Positions 1-9,774 of a stretch of DNA of 64,000 bases are shown here, piece after piece (position 1 is the first letter of the stretch; every line of letters starts with the position of its first letter). The position numbers and the translations under genes were made by a program. The notes beneath the pieces were generated by a model. That model made no database searches. It had not been told where the DNA came from and saw nothing but the letters and a program-made list of their open reading frames with translations. The stretch is from Macrostomum lignano (lineage: Eukaryota): positions 1-64,000 of the forward strand of contig NIVC01000201.1 in the NCBI GenBank assembly GCA_002269645.1, written 5' to 3'.

Positions 1-246
1 AAAACCGCGATCCGATTCTGGAATTCGGTTCGAGAAATTTTCTCGATCTTTTATCGTATTTCTATAGAAACGAAAGACGAATTTGAAATAACATTTCAAA
101 CATTTCAAAAGAATACTAGTTTCTAGATTTTAAATGAAAATGTTTTTATCCTTTGAGAAGTAATTAATCTAATTAGACAAAAATAGAATAGAAAAATTTG
201 ACGCTTTTCATTTTCCTACTACTCGATCTTCAATGAAAAAAGCCGA

Positions 247-310
247 ATAGAGCTCTATGTAAATGGATTGGTGGACTCTGCCGCAGGGGAAAGCAGCATA
301 AGTTCCTGGG
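247..310 (+). repeat. Left terminal inverted repeat (inner part only)
   Basis: CTATGTAAATGGATTGGTGGACTCTGCCGCAGGGGAAAGC matches the reverse complement of about 13334-13372 with about 2 differences. The 17-mer GTGGACTCTGCCGCAGG (271-287) is an exact inverted match. Confidence 0.85.
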
Positions 311-766
311 AAGCCCAAAACTGACTCTAAAATAGTAAAAAAAACTTCTCTAGCGTACATTAACCATAGTTAATTGAAAATTGGGCGAACCTGGCTTCCG
401 ATCTCCACAATATTTAAACTTTGTTGGCAGTGGGAATACATAGGCCTATGTTCATGAGTTCCTCCGCACTTTAGTACGAGTCTCGCAAACTGGACTGAAT
501 TTGTTGTGAAAGTGAGCTTGCAAAGCGCCGTTTATTGCCTTGTTATTGTTTTTCTTGATACTGCTGATTTGGCCGCGGGAAGTGGGGTGCAGGTCTGGGG
601 TGGAGGTCTTTAAAACTAACTGATGCACGGGACGGGGGGAATGTTATCAGTAGTTTTATTATTATTATTGCTCAATAACGGTAAGAAAATAATTAGTGCA
701 TACACATATGTAACGTGTAAACATATCTGTATGTGTACATATAGGCGATATTGCCTGGTGATTTGG

Positions 767-776
767 ATATAAGGAC
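767..776 (+). promoter_or_regulatory. TATA-like motif ATATAAGGAC upstream of the left terminal ORF
   Basis: Exact 10-bp inverted copy at 13241-13250; about 100 bp upstream of ATG 877. Confidence 0.5.
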
Positions 777-876
777 TGAAAAATTCTACTGAGCCATTAA
801 AATAGATTTTGTTGATATTTAAACGGACTTCGAAATTTCAAATTTTCACAAAAAACCCTTGATTAAATTTTAAACC

Positions 877-1877
877 ATGAGCCATTCTCGGTGCCCATCC
901 TACGTTCATGAGGTGTGTGTCACCTGCAATATTAGTATGCTCGGTGGACTAAAGCACCATGTAGCGAATGAAGGCTGCAGTGTCACCCGATGGCTACTAT
1001 GCCATGAATGCCAGTCCGTTGAGCTCTTCACCGTTAGAGGCCAAATCAAAAGGCATAAAAATCATTCGACTGTTAACTGGAGCTCTGCGGAGGACCGCGA
1101 GCAGGCACGCATTACTGCTCTGGAAGTTGCACGTCAAGAGGAACGCAACAGGGCGGCAGAACGCATTCGAGAGCCGGTGAGCACTTTGAGTCAAGTTATC
1201 ACGAGCTTATGCGGCCGAGTAACGAACACTGGTGACCAGCCCAACGCCCAGCCTGCTGCTGCTTCTGCTGCTCTACTCGACGGTGATGTGGGAGCTCCCC
1301 TGCTTGATGCTGCTGATGGAGGTGGCACCCCTGACTTCGAGCTGAATGAGCTGGACACCGCTTTCTTCGAGAACCTCGATGGTGAGCCTGAAGCACAGGA
1401 GCAGCAAGAAATGCAACAGCAGCAGCAGCGGCGTGCAATCCCTGTTCCCGAAAAAAATATGGAGCGTGCCAGGATGCTGGCAGAAGTCAGCCTGTCCGAC
1501 GTGATTCGCGATATGGACTCAGGCCCTGCGCCTCCACCACCGCCCCACCGACTGAGGTTCAGCCTGCGGTCGAAGTCAGCCTGTCCGACCTGATTCGCGA
1601 TATGGACTCAGGCCCTGCGCCTCCACCACCGCCGCCACCGACTGAGGTTCAGCCTGCGGCCGAAGTCAGCCTGTCCGACCTGATTCGCGATATGGACTCA
1701 GGCCCTGCGCCTGCACCACCGCCACCACCGACTGAGGTTCAGCCTGCGGCCGCTAATGAAGTGCAGCAGCCAGCACCTCTCTGCATCCAGCTGGTTCTGC
1801 CCAACAGTGTTACGGGTGAATATTGGATTGACTTGGGAGGGGCTTTCCGTATTCGCCTGAGCAATTCTCAATTCTAA
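877..1877 (+). CDS. Polinton ORF1: Cys/His-rich N-terminus, acidic/Gln-rich middle, 30-aa Pro-rich repeats; one 1-nt frameshift near 1545 (about 333 aa if restored)
   Basis: ORFs 877-1593 and 1602-1877 join through a 90-bp tandem repeat (starts 1483, 1572, 1662) whose first copy is 89 bp (one G missing). Motifs CVTC..HH, CHEC..RHKNH, DFELNELDTAFFENLD, and EVSLSD(V/L)IRDMD three times. Confidence 0.7.
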
Positions 1878-2661
1878 ACTAATAATTCTAATGTACCAGT
1901 CGTTAAATATTAAATTAGCAAACATTCTGTGTTGAATTAAATTGCGAGATGATTATCCGTATATTGCAAAAGTGAATAATATTTATTTTTCTTTTCAACA
2001 TCTCATTGCTATTTTTAAAGTTCATATTTATGCAGGCAGTGCGCGTTGATCAAGCTGTGCTTGGGTGTGAATGCAGATTGGGTTTGATTCTTTTTGGGTT
2101 TGCAATCTCCTTCTTTAACTTGTGCTTCTAATAATGTAGCGTATCATTGCATTTTTAAAATATAAATTTTAAAGCGCAATGAAGCGCTGAATTTTGGAAA
2201 AGTTTGCAGCTTTGAGTTATTTTGAAATATTTTTAGAATTCGTTTTATAAGACCCTTTTATTAAACCCTTTTATTAGACCTTTATTAGACCCCGAAATTT
2301 GACACGTAACGACAAGACCCGAAGTACAACTTTCGAAAATATGTACACTTAATACAAGCGTATATCCACAAATTAGGGATTGAATTTACTTTTGCAAGAA
2401 AAAATAATTTCACAAATATGTATTTCAGCAAATTTCCTCATCTAATTCTCATCGAAAATGCTCTAAGCCGTGTCATCAACCGAACCGAGATGGCTTCTTC
2501 GAGAGACACTTCATCATCATCATCAGCAAGTGATCGGCCGCTTGAGTCTACCAATTTTGCTATCGAAATCGAACCAACCAGTGAGTCAATCCAATGTGAT
2601 TAGTAAAGCCAGTAAAGTAGACTCTTCCCTCTATAAGTACAAGAAAAAGTAGTCATAAAAC

Positions 2662-3060
2662 CCGATTCCTGATTCGCCGATTCACCGATTCCCGATTCAC
2701 GATTCACCGATTCCCGATTCACCGATTCACCGATTCCGATTCACCGATTCACCGATTCACCGATTCACGATTCCGATTCACCGATTCACTGATTCCCGAT
2801 TCACCGATTCACTGATTCCCGATTCACCGATTCACCGATTCACTGATTCCCGATTCACCGATTCACTGATTCCCGATTCACGATTCACTGATTCCCGATT
2901 CACCGATTCACTGATTCCCGATTCCTGATTCACTGATTAGCGATTCACCGATTCCCGATTCACGATTCACCGATTCCCGATTCACCGATTCACCGATTCA
3001 CCGATTCACTGATTCCCGATTCGCCGATTCCCGATTCACTGATTCCTGATTAACCGATTC
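2662..3060. repeat. Degenerate 7-9 bp microsatellite (CCGATTCA / CTGATTCC / CGATTCC) inside the Polinton, upstream of pPolB
   Basis: Continuous run of C(C/T)GATTC(A/C) units visible in the sequence. Confidence 0.95.
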
Positions 3061-3137
3061 CCGCACCATAATGAGGTGGAATTAGGATTATGATTTATAA
3101 ATTTTAACTGTCGAGTGAAACGCGTACACCCAACAAC

Positions 3138-6100
3138 ATGCTAATTCATGCAGGCATTCAATTCAGCTCGGCTATTCACGCTAGTGCGCATGATGACACG
3201 CTGCAGGTCAGACGCTTCACTCCAGCATCAAGAGATCTCGAGCCATTTCATTTTTTATCATCAACGAAGTTTGCAGTGCTACAGGCTGTTGAGATGAGAT
3301 TCGATTCATCCGAGAATAATTCTATTCGAGCGCAGCTCAAGTTCAACATCAGAATGGTGAGAATCAAGGAAGCTGCGGTAATCAATGCAGAAGATAAGTG
3401 GATCGCATGCGGTCTTGAGCTTCTCTCTGATCTAAGAGATTTTGAATTGTGGTGGTTGCAGCAGTTTTCTGAGCTGGAACGCAAGATTGATGCCTACAAT
3501 TCAAATGGGAGCGGTTGGATAGTTGAGCAAATCAACTATTTTGATCTGTGCTCTGCCCTCACTGATCGCATTCGCTACTATCGTGGACGATGCGCGAATT
3601 TTACTTTGCCCAATCAGCTGGCGTTAAGAAGGCCATAATCAACCCACCGAGCGATGGAAACAATTGCTTTCTGTTTGCCTGTCTCGCTTACCTGCACATC
3701 AGAGATCCTGGTGTGATGAAGTCTTGCCATCGACTAACAACTTACAGCAGATGGTTGGATGAAATCGATCTGAGCGGCATCGCACTACCAGTCGCAATTT
3801 CCGATTTAGACGTTATAGAGGAAAATAATTCCGAAATCTGTTTCACAGTTTTTAGCTGGGAAGATGATGAGGCCTATGTCATTCGCCAGCCTCTTCCTGG
3901 GATTTGTGCCTCTCGCAAGGTTATTCCTCTACTCTTGCTTCGCAACTCCAGCACCGATGATGCTGATGATGATGGTGGTGGTGATGAGAATTGTGGGACT
4001 GGACACTGGTGTGCAGTTTCGAACCTGGACCGGCTCCTGAACAGCAAAAAAGGTCTGAGGAATCGCAAATGGTGTGAGAAGTGCATTTCTCCGTTTCGAT
4101 CCAGGAAGAGTTGGAGCAGCATCGAGACAGCTGCAATCCTCAACTGAAACCAGCCATCATGGAGCGCATGCCTGATGCAAGTAGCAACACAATGCAGTTC
4201 ATGGCTTGGGAAAAGACAATCAGTCCCCCATTTGTTGTCTACGCAGATTTTGAAGCTCTGAACACCCCACGTGAACCAGTGAGTCTGAAAGAGAAGTTAC
4301 TGTCACCAAGTTAACTGAGCATGTACCTGTAGCTGCTGGCTACATTGTTTTCCAAGAGAGGGTATGAGCAGCAAAATTCTGAGGCCGAGTGAGGATGTTT
4401 TCCTCTGCAGCGGACCCAATCCGAATTCTGTCGTGAAACAGTTTTTGGCCTCACTCGAACGTCTTGCTCGTGAAGTTTATGGTTGGAATACCGAGTTTAG
4501 TCATCAGATTGCTGACAGAAACAGAGATGACAACAGGCGCAGCTTTCAAGATGCCCCACAGTGCTATTTATGCAATGCAGTGTTTATTTCATCTTCTGAC
4601 AAGCACTGGGATCACGACCACCTCAGCGGTGAATACAAGGGTGCTGCCTGCGCTTCGTGTAACAAGCTTGCTCGGCTGAAACGGCGATTTTTGCCAATAG
4701 TTTTCCACAATCTTCGCGGATATGACCTGCATTTGATTTTCTCAACTGCGCTGGGTGACATGACTGGTTGGAGGGTGAGCGTCATCCCCCAAACTGCCGA
4801 GTCGTACCTCTCCATGAGGGTCGAGTTCCAGATTGATGAGTATGAGAAAGATGGCGTAAAAAAGCCCCTGTTTTTCACGCTACAATTCATCGACTCACTG
4901 CAATTCCTACACAGCAGTCTCTCTCAACTTATTAAGAACTTGCCGGAGGACAACTGTCCCATCACTAATGCGATGCGATCAAAGTATCCAAATCTTTCAA
5001 GCGATGTACTGTTTAGTAAGGGAGTTTTCCCTTATGATTATCTCTCGAATTTGAATGTGCTTGATGATCGCCAACTACCAAAAGTAGAAAGCTTTTTTAA
5101 CCGACTCACCAACAGCCACTGTACCGAGGCGGAGTATCGGCATGCGCAGAAGGCCTGGACTGAATTCGAATCTACAACATTGCGCGATTACATGCTCTGC
5201 TACTTGGAGCTGGACATCAGGCAACTAGCAGATATCTTTGAAGGGTTTCGAAGGCTGAGTTTGCAGGAAGACAAGCTAGATCCGGTGCATTTTGTGTCAA
5301 CTCCAGGCTTATCATTCGCTTCTGCACTAAAGTCTTCTCAAGTCAAGATCGAACTGCTAACTGACCTCGAGATGTATAAAATGTTTGAGAAAGGAATTCG
5401 GGGTGGAATGTCTTTTGTCAATGTACATCATGTCCAGAGCGAAAGTAGCGATGATGATAATGAACCAGCAGGTAGGAGTTTACTGGCTGTTGATGCTAAT
5501 AACCTTTATGGTCATGCGCTCACAATGCCCCTACCTGTTGGCGGCTTTCGCTGGCTCAGTCAAGAGGAGCTGTGCTCCTGGTCCGAGTGCCGCTTTCTTT
5601 CCCTGGATGATGACGCTCCAATCGGCTACCTTGTCGAAGCGGATTTGCTCTACCCAGCCGAAATCCACACGGCAACGGAGGATCTTCCATTCGCCCCAGA
5701 GAAAAGGTGTCCGAATTTTGAAGAATTTCCGCAGTACATGCGAGAATTATGGGTACTGCTTCAACATGACAATGATCATTCTCAGCATCATCAGCAGCAG
5801 CAGCCCGACGCGAACACGACTGAGAATCCTACCGTTGCGCGCTACCGTGGAGTACAAAAATTAATGCTCACATGCCACAACAAGTTTTCCTATGTACTGC
5901 ACTCGTCTGCTCTCCGATTCTATCTATCGCACGGAATGAAGTTGCATGGGCTCCACAGGATGATCGAATTCAGGCAAGAACCTGTCTTCGCGGACTACAT
6001 TAAGATGAATAGCGAGAAGCGCTCTATGGCGAAAAATGATTTCGAGAAGGATTTCTATAAACTGAAAAATAACTCCCTGTTTGGCAAAACAATGGAGAAC

Positions 6101-6892
6101 GTGCGCAAGCGGCGGGACATCAGAGTGTGTACTGACAAGAAAAAAGCCAAGACTGTTTCTTCTCAACCAAATGTCGCATCATTCACAATCATTACGCCGT
6201 CACTCAGCATCTTTGAGCTTCAAAAGCACGAAGTAACTCTTGATCGCCCAATCTTCATGGGGCAGTGTGTTCTAGATCGCTCCAAGATCATCATGTATCG
6301 ACTTTACTATGACAAAATAAAACCCATGCTAGAATTCCGTGATGGAGCAAGAGTTCGAGTTTGCGGTGGCGATACAGACTCGTTGTTTTTGAGCTTAGAG
6401 AACCTTAGTTTGCAGAGAGAAGTGCTGCCAATCCTGCATGCCGAAGGCCTCTTGGACACCTCCAATTTTTTCACTAATCATCCTCTCTTCTCGAATCGAC
6501 TAAAGGCCAAGCTAGGCTGCATTAAAGATGAAGCTGGTGGACTGCAACAGATTGAGTGGGTGCTGCTAAGGCCCAAGCTCTATTCTTTCCTCGCTGAAAG
6601 CTCGGCGGCATGCAAAGCAAAAGCAAAAGGCATCCAACGAAGCGTGCTGAAGAATGAAGTCTCCCACGACGACTACGTCAAGATTTTCAAGGGGGCTTCA
6701 AAGCTGTCGCTCACTGTTCGTCGAATTGGAAGTGAGAAACATCGCGTTTTCACCATTGAGCAACGTAAGCTCGCTCTCAGTATCTGGGAGGACAAGCGAG
6801 CGTGGACTGGCTCGAACTCAAGTCTTCCGTTCGGCCACTTTCAGCTGTTAATCAGGGGTAGTCCGAAAAGGACAGCGGACTGCTTAGAGTGA
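3138..6892 (+). CDS. polB: Protein-primed family B DNA polymerase with N-terminal extension, broken by four -1 frameshifts (near 3625, 4100, 4295, 4350); 1252 aa if restored
   Basis: GSGW, KKAIIN..DGNNCF..GHW, CEKC..H..C, ExoI VYADFE, TEHVPVAAGYIV (bridging frame), DHDHLSGEYKGAACASCN, ExoII FHNLRGYD, KGVFPYDY, motif A VDANNLYG, motif B KLKNNSLFGKT, motif C GGDTDS, PKLYS, KAKGI. 3755 nt plus 4 nt gives 1253 codons. Confidence 0.95.
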
Positions 6893-7603
6893 TGCTTTGC
6901 ACATCTGTGTAACCTTGGCGTTGAAATTTATTGACTTTTACTTATGTACTCCATGAATTGTTTCTGTGGTTTAATTAATCTGAATGATGATGATGGTGAT
7001 GATGGATGATGATGATAATGACAATGCTGGAACGAATAGAGCCAATTCAGTTAGTTACATATTTGTAGTCTCTAAGCAACTAACTGAGCGTAACATTTTC
7101 GAGTTGAGTTGTTCCAGATTTATTTCAATACGAACTTGTGAAAGCCATGTTGGAATAATTTGCGGCATATTGGTCTGGCTTTCCCCTTTTTTATTATCCT
7201 TGAATTTTTGCACAATTGAATGAACTGAGTTACTGTCCTTTTTTATCTTTGCTAGCTTTGCTACTCATATTTTTTGTAACCATTATCCAATGATTATCTG
7301 AAAAATATTTGCTTCCTTTTTCATTTCTGCTAGTTCTTGTTCGTTTTTGTCTTAGCAGTGCATAATCTGAGTGATGGGTGTGCTTTTTTTTCTTGAGTTG
7401 GTTGTGGTCTGATTAAATTTTCTATACTCAAACTAATATTGCGATTTCAGTTTTGAAAATAAAGAAAAAGTCGATCGAAGTCTGATTTTCAGGTATATTG
7501 ATTAAAATGCACGCATCTTAATACGTGGCATATGCATGCAAGATTATTATATTTTTGTTCAGCTGTCGTCTTTTTATTTAATTGTTGAAACATATGGTTA
7601 TTA

Positions 7604-8167
7604 TTAGCACAGAAAACGGACAAGCAAGGAAAAGTCGGAAATTAGCATGCTCATTGTTTTTGCACCACTGAGAACAAATGAGCCATTGTGAAAAAGCAGG
7701 CATTTGCAGAAGCTTAGTTTGCAGATCAAAGCAGAAAATGATTCTGGCTCATATTGAGCACTTGGTAAAGTGTTTACAAGATTAGCGAGGGGAAGTGCTC
7801 TGCACAAGTCAATCTTCCCATGAGCAGTAATAGTTTTAATCCGCACATGCACAGCTTGATGAGGCAGCAGTTGAGCAGGCACTCTGCGATGCAGCATAGC
7901 CACGAAGCGACGAGCGGCCCTGACTGAGGCCGAGTAGCTCCGGGCGCCACAGATACTCAGTTGTCCAGTCGGATAGAGCAACAGAGTCACTCTGGGATTC
8001 CGCATCCTCTTGATAAGCACTCGGGGCCAGACGGGACGATAGATGACATGAGCCATGCTGAGAGCCAGTTCCCGCAGAGGCAATTGGGCACCCCTGCCTC
8101 CAGCAAGTCTCAGATCCACGCCGCCGACCAGATTGGTCACTCGCAGGGCTGTCGCAGGTGTACTCAT
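7604..8167 (-). CDS. Divergent TATA-binding protein (TBP)-like protein, 187 aa, two TBP repeats, no N-terminal extension
   Basis: Repeat 1 VTNLVGGVDL..LPLRELAL..YRP..LIKRMRNPRVTLLLYPTGQLSICGARS..RAARRF aligns with TBP [53 protein letters not shown]. Repeat 2 YEPESFSALI..LLFHNGSFVLSGAK aligns with YEPELFPGLI..LIFVSGKVVLTGAK. Confidence 0.92.
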   Translation of the reverse strand: MSTPATALRVTNLVGGVDLRLAGGRGAQLPLRELALSMAHVIYRPVWPRVLIKRMRNPRVTLLLYPTGQLSICGARSYSASVRAARRFVAMLHRRVPAQLLPHQAVHVRIKTITAHGKIDLCRALPLANLVNTLPSAQYEPESFSALICKLSFCKCLLFHNGSFVLSGAKTMSMLISDFSLLVRFLC

Positions 8168-8681
8168 TTAGAGAGTCCTTTCTGTCAGTGGTGCTGTCTT
8201 TGCGAGCTTTTGAGTGGTGCGGGCACACCTCGCTTCTTAAGTTGATACAGAACTTCGGTTTCAGCCAGTTGTAGTACAGTAATACATTTTTCACTGCACA
8301 ACCAGTATCAGATGCTTGAATCAAAGGTGATCCCAGATCCTCTAGGTTGTACACCTGTCTGCCAAGCAGCTCAGTCAGAAAGATGGACTTTTTCACCCCG
8401 CTTGTCCAGGTGGGACCGTAAGCAATGTTTAGAATGTCATTAGCCAAATGCATGTACGGTCGGGATCCATCTGTCCACTTGAAATGATGCAAATTCTTTG
8501 AGAGCTTTCTGTAATGTACTTGCATCTCAGGTGAGATTCTGTCCCATGAGAACGGAGAGGCGTACACGTGATGAGTGATATGGTAACTGCCAGCCCGGAC
8601 TTGGGCAATGGCCAGCTCCTTCACAACGAAATCTCTGCTCGATCTCTCGCGTGGGAAGCCTTGGAAGTCAATATAGTTCAT
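7836..8681 (-). CDS. Polinton accessory protein, possible DEDD/RNase H-fold exonuclease-like N-terminal domain; C-terminal about 110 codons overlap the TBP-like ORF in another frame
   Basis: N-terminal YIDFQGF..FVVKELAI and later NLEDLGSP..CAVKNV..W resemble a protein family I recall from invertebrate Polintons. The fold call is inference. Confidence 0.5.
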   Translation of the reverse strand: MNYIDFQGFPRERSSRDFVVKELAIAQVRAGSYHITHHVYASPFSWDRISPEMQVHYRKLSKNLHHFKWTDGSRPYMHLANDILNIAYGPTWTSGVKKSIFLTELLGRQVYNLEDLGSPLIQASDTGCAVKNVLLYYNWLKPKFCINLRSEVCPHHSKARKDSTTDRKDSLNEYTCDSPASDQSGRRRGSETCWRQGCPIASAGTGSQHGSCHLSSRLAPSAYQEDAESQSDSVALSDWTTEYLWRPELLGLSQGRSSLRGYAASQSACSTAASSSCACAD

Positions 8682-8721
8682 GATCGGATGGTTTCAAGAC
8701 GCAAGATGTCGGGAAGCCGAC

Positions 8722-9417
8722 TCAGTTCCCCTTCTTAAATAGTTTTTTTTTCCTGCTCAGGTGTAGCCAGGCTCTCCCACTCCCGAATCCCTTAACTGTA
8801 TGATGTGCAGGGGTGGCCTCTGGAGAAACAGCCGGTTTAGAAATTAGCTGCCTTACTGACTTTCCTATAGCCGAAGCTGGGATGTTAAGCTTTTTGTCTT
8901 GAAGCAATGAGACAAACTCACTCCAGCCTACCGGCTCGCTGGCACATTTCGAATCCCTCACCGCACTGTGAAACAAATCCAGGATGTTTGAGGAGGGTAT
9001 TGTCTTCCCAGAAATTTGCGCCTCGCCATTTTCGGACACCCGAATCAGAGAAGGATTGCCAGATAGGATGGCCCATAGACTGCGGGCTCTCGCTTTAAAC
9101 TTCTGCGGCACGGATTGGGTGATCTTTTCCCCCCAGCTGCTTGGTGCAATATCTGTTTTCAGCATCTTTGCATCACTCGCAGGTACCGCACCATCCTTTC
9201 CAGTCCGCTTGCGCTTGACCAGCAAACTCTTCATCGCATCATGGTACATGGCAGCTTTCACATCGTCTGGGCAATCCTCGGCAAGCAAAATATCATTGCA
9301 TTTCCTCTGCGCATATCTCACAGCAGTGTCCATTTCAGACTCGACTGGCTTCAAATTCTGTGTGAGCATGTCGTACTCTGACTTGGGGATCAGAACCATT
9401 TCTGAGAACTTATTCAT
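8722..9417 (-). CDS. Conserved Polinton uncharacterised protein (231 aa)
   Basis: Intact ORF in the ATPase cluster. Motifs MVLIP, GE..ISGKTIPSSNILDL, EPVGWSEF..L..LNIP recall a protein commonly next to the ATPase in metazoan Mavericks. Confidence 0.7.
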   Translation of the reverse strand: MNKFSEMVLIPKSEYDMLTQNLKPVESEMDTAVRYAQRKCNDILLAEDCPDDVKAAMYHDAMKSLLVKRKRTGKDGAVPASDAKMLKTDIAPSSWGEKITQSVPQKFKARARSLWAILSGNPSLIRVSENGEAQISGKTIPSSNILDLFHSAVRDSKCASEPVGWSEFVSLLQDKKLNIPASAIGKSVRQLISKPAVSPEATPAHHTVKGFGSGRAWLHLSRKKKLFKKGN

Positions 9418-9727
9418 TTTGCTTCTTTTTCTTCACTAGCTTTATTAGAATGTAGAGAATTTTGATAAAACCCGTATTTAGCAGATCCGCAGCTCTTCTA
9501 TGTGTAGAAATTTTGCGGATTATTTGCTTTTGCTTCACCAACGCTGCCTTTTGAGTGAGTGAGAACGACAGAGTGTTTTGCAATAGGTTGTAGCAGGCCT
9601 CAATGAGAAATTCACGTACGGCTTTTGGACCCGCTCTGATCAACAGACGTTTAAAGCTGATGGAATATTTCGGTGACGCGAGAACATCAAACAAACTTTC
9701 ATGTGAGTCAAAGGTTTCCATTATCAT
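9410..9727 (-). CDS. Small basic Polinton protein (putative core/protease-substrate type)
   Basis: EFLIEACYNLLQN..LTQKAAL..K.IIRKI and hydrophobic end TGFIKILYIL resemble small Maverick proteins ending in GGFL. First ATG at 9727 follows a pyrimidine tract plus CAG; the ORF track starts at a TTG. Stop overlaps the next gene's ATG. Confidence 0.6.
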   Translation of the reverse strand: MIMETFDSHESLFDVLASPKYSISFKRLLIRAGPKAVREFLIEACYNLLQNTLSFSLTQKAALVKQKQIIRKISTHRRAADLLNTGFIKILYILIKLVKKKKQNE

Positions 9728-9774
9728 TTGTGCTGCAGAATATAGAACAAATGGCAAAATCTCGGCTGTTATTC

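Noticed and set aside
2418-2652. Two 60-aa ORFs upstream of the microsatellite as Polinton genes
   Set aside because: Short, Ser-rich or GTG-started, with no recognisable motif; cannot be supported, though a small exon is not excluded.
3600-4360. Programmed -1 ribosomal frameshifting in pPolB
   Set aside because: Four successive shifts with no canonical X XXY YYZ heptamers. Single-base deletion (error or decay) is simpler, and ORF1's repeat shows a plain missing base.
6900-7600. Degenerate capsid gene between pPolB and the TBP-like gene
   Set aside because: AT-rich with ATG/GAT microsatellite and stops in all frames; looks like convergent 3' UTR/terminator space.
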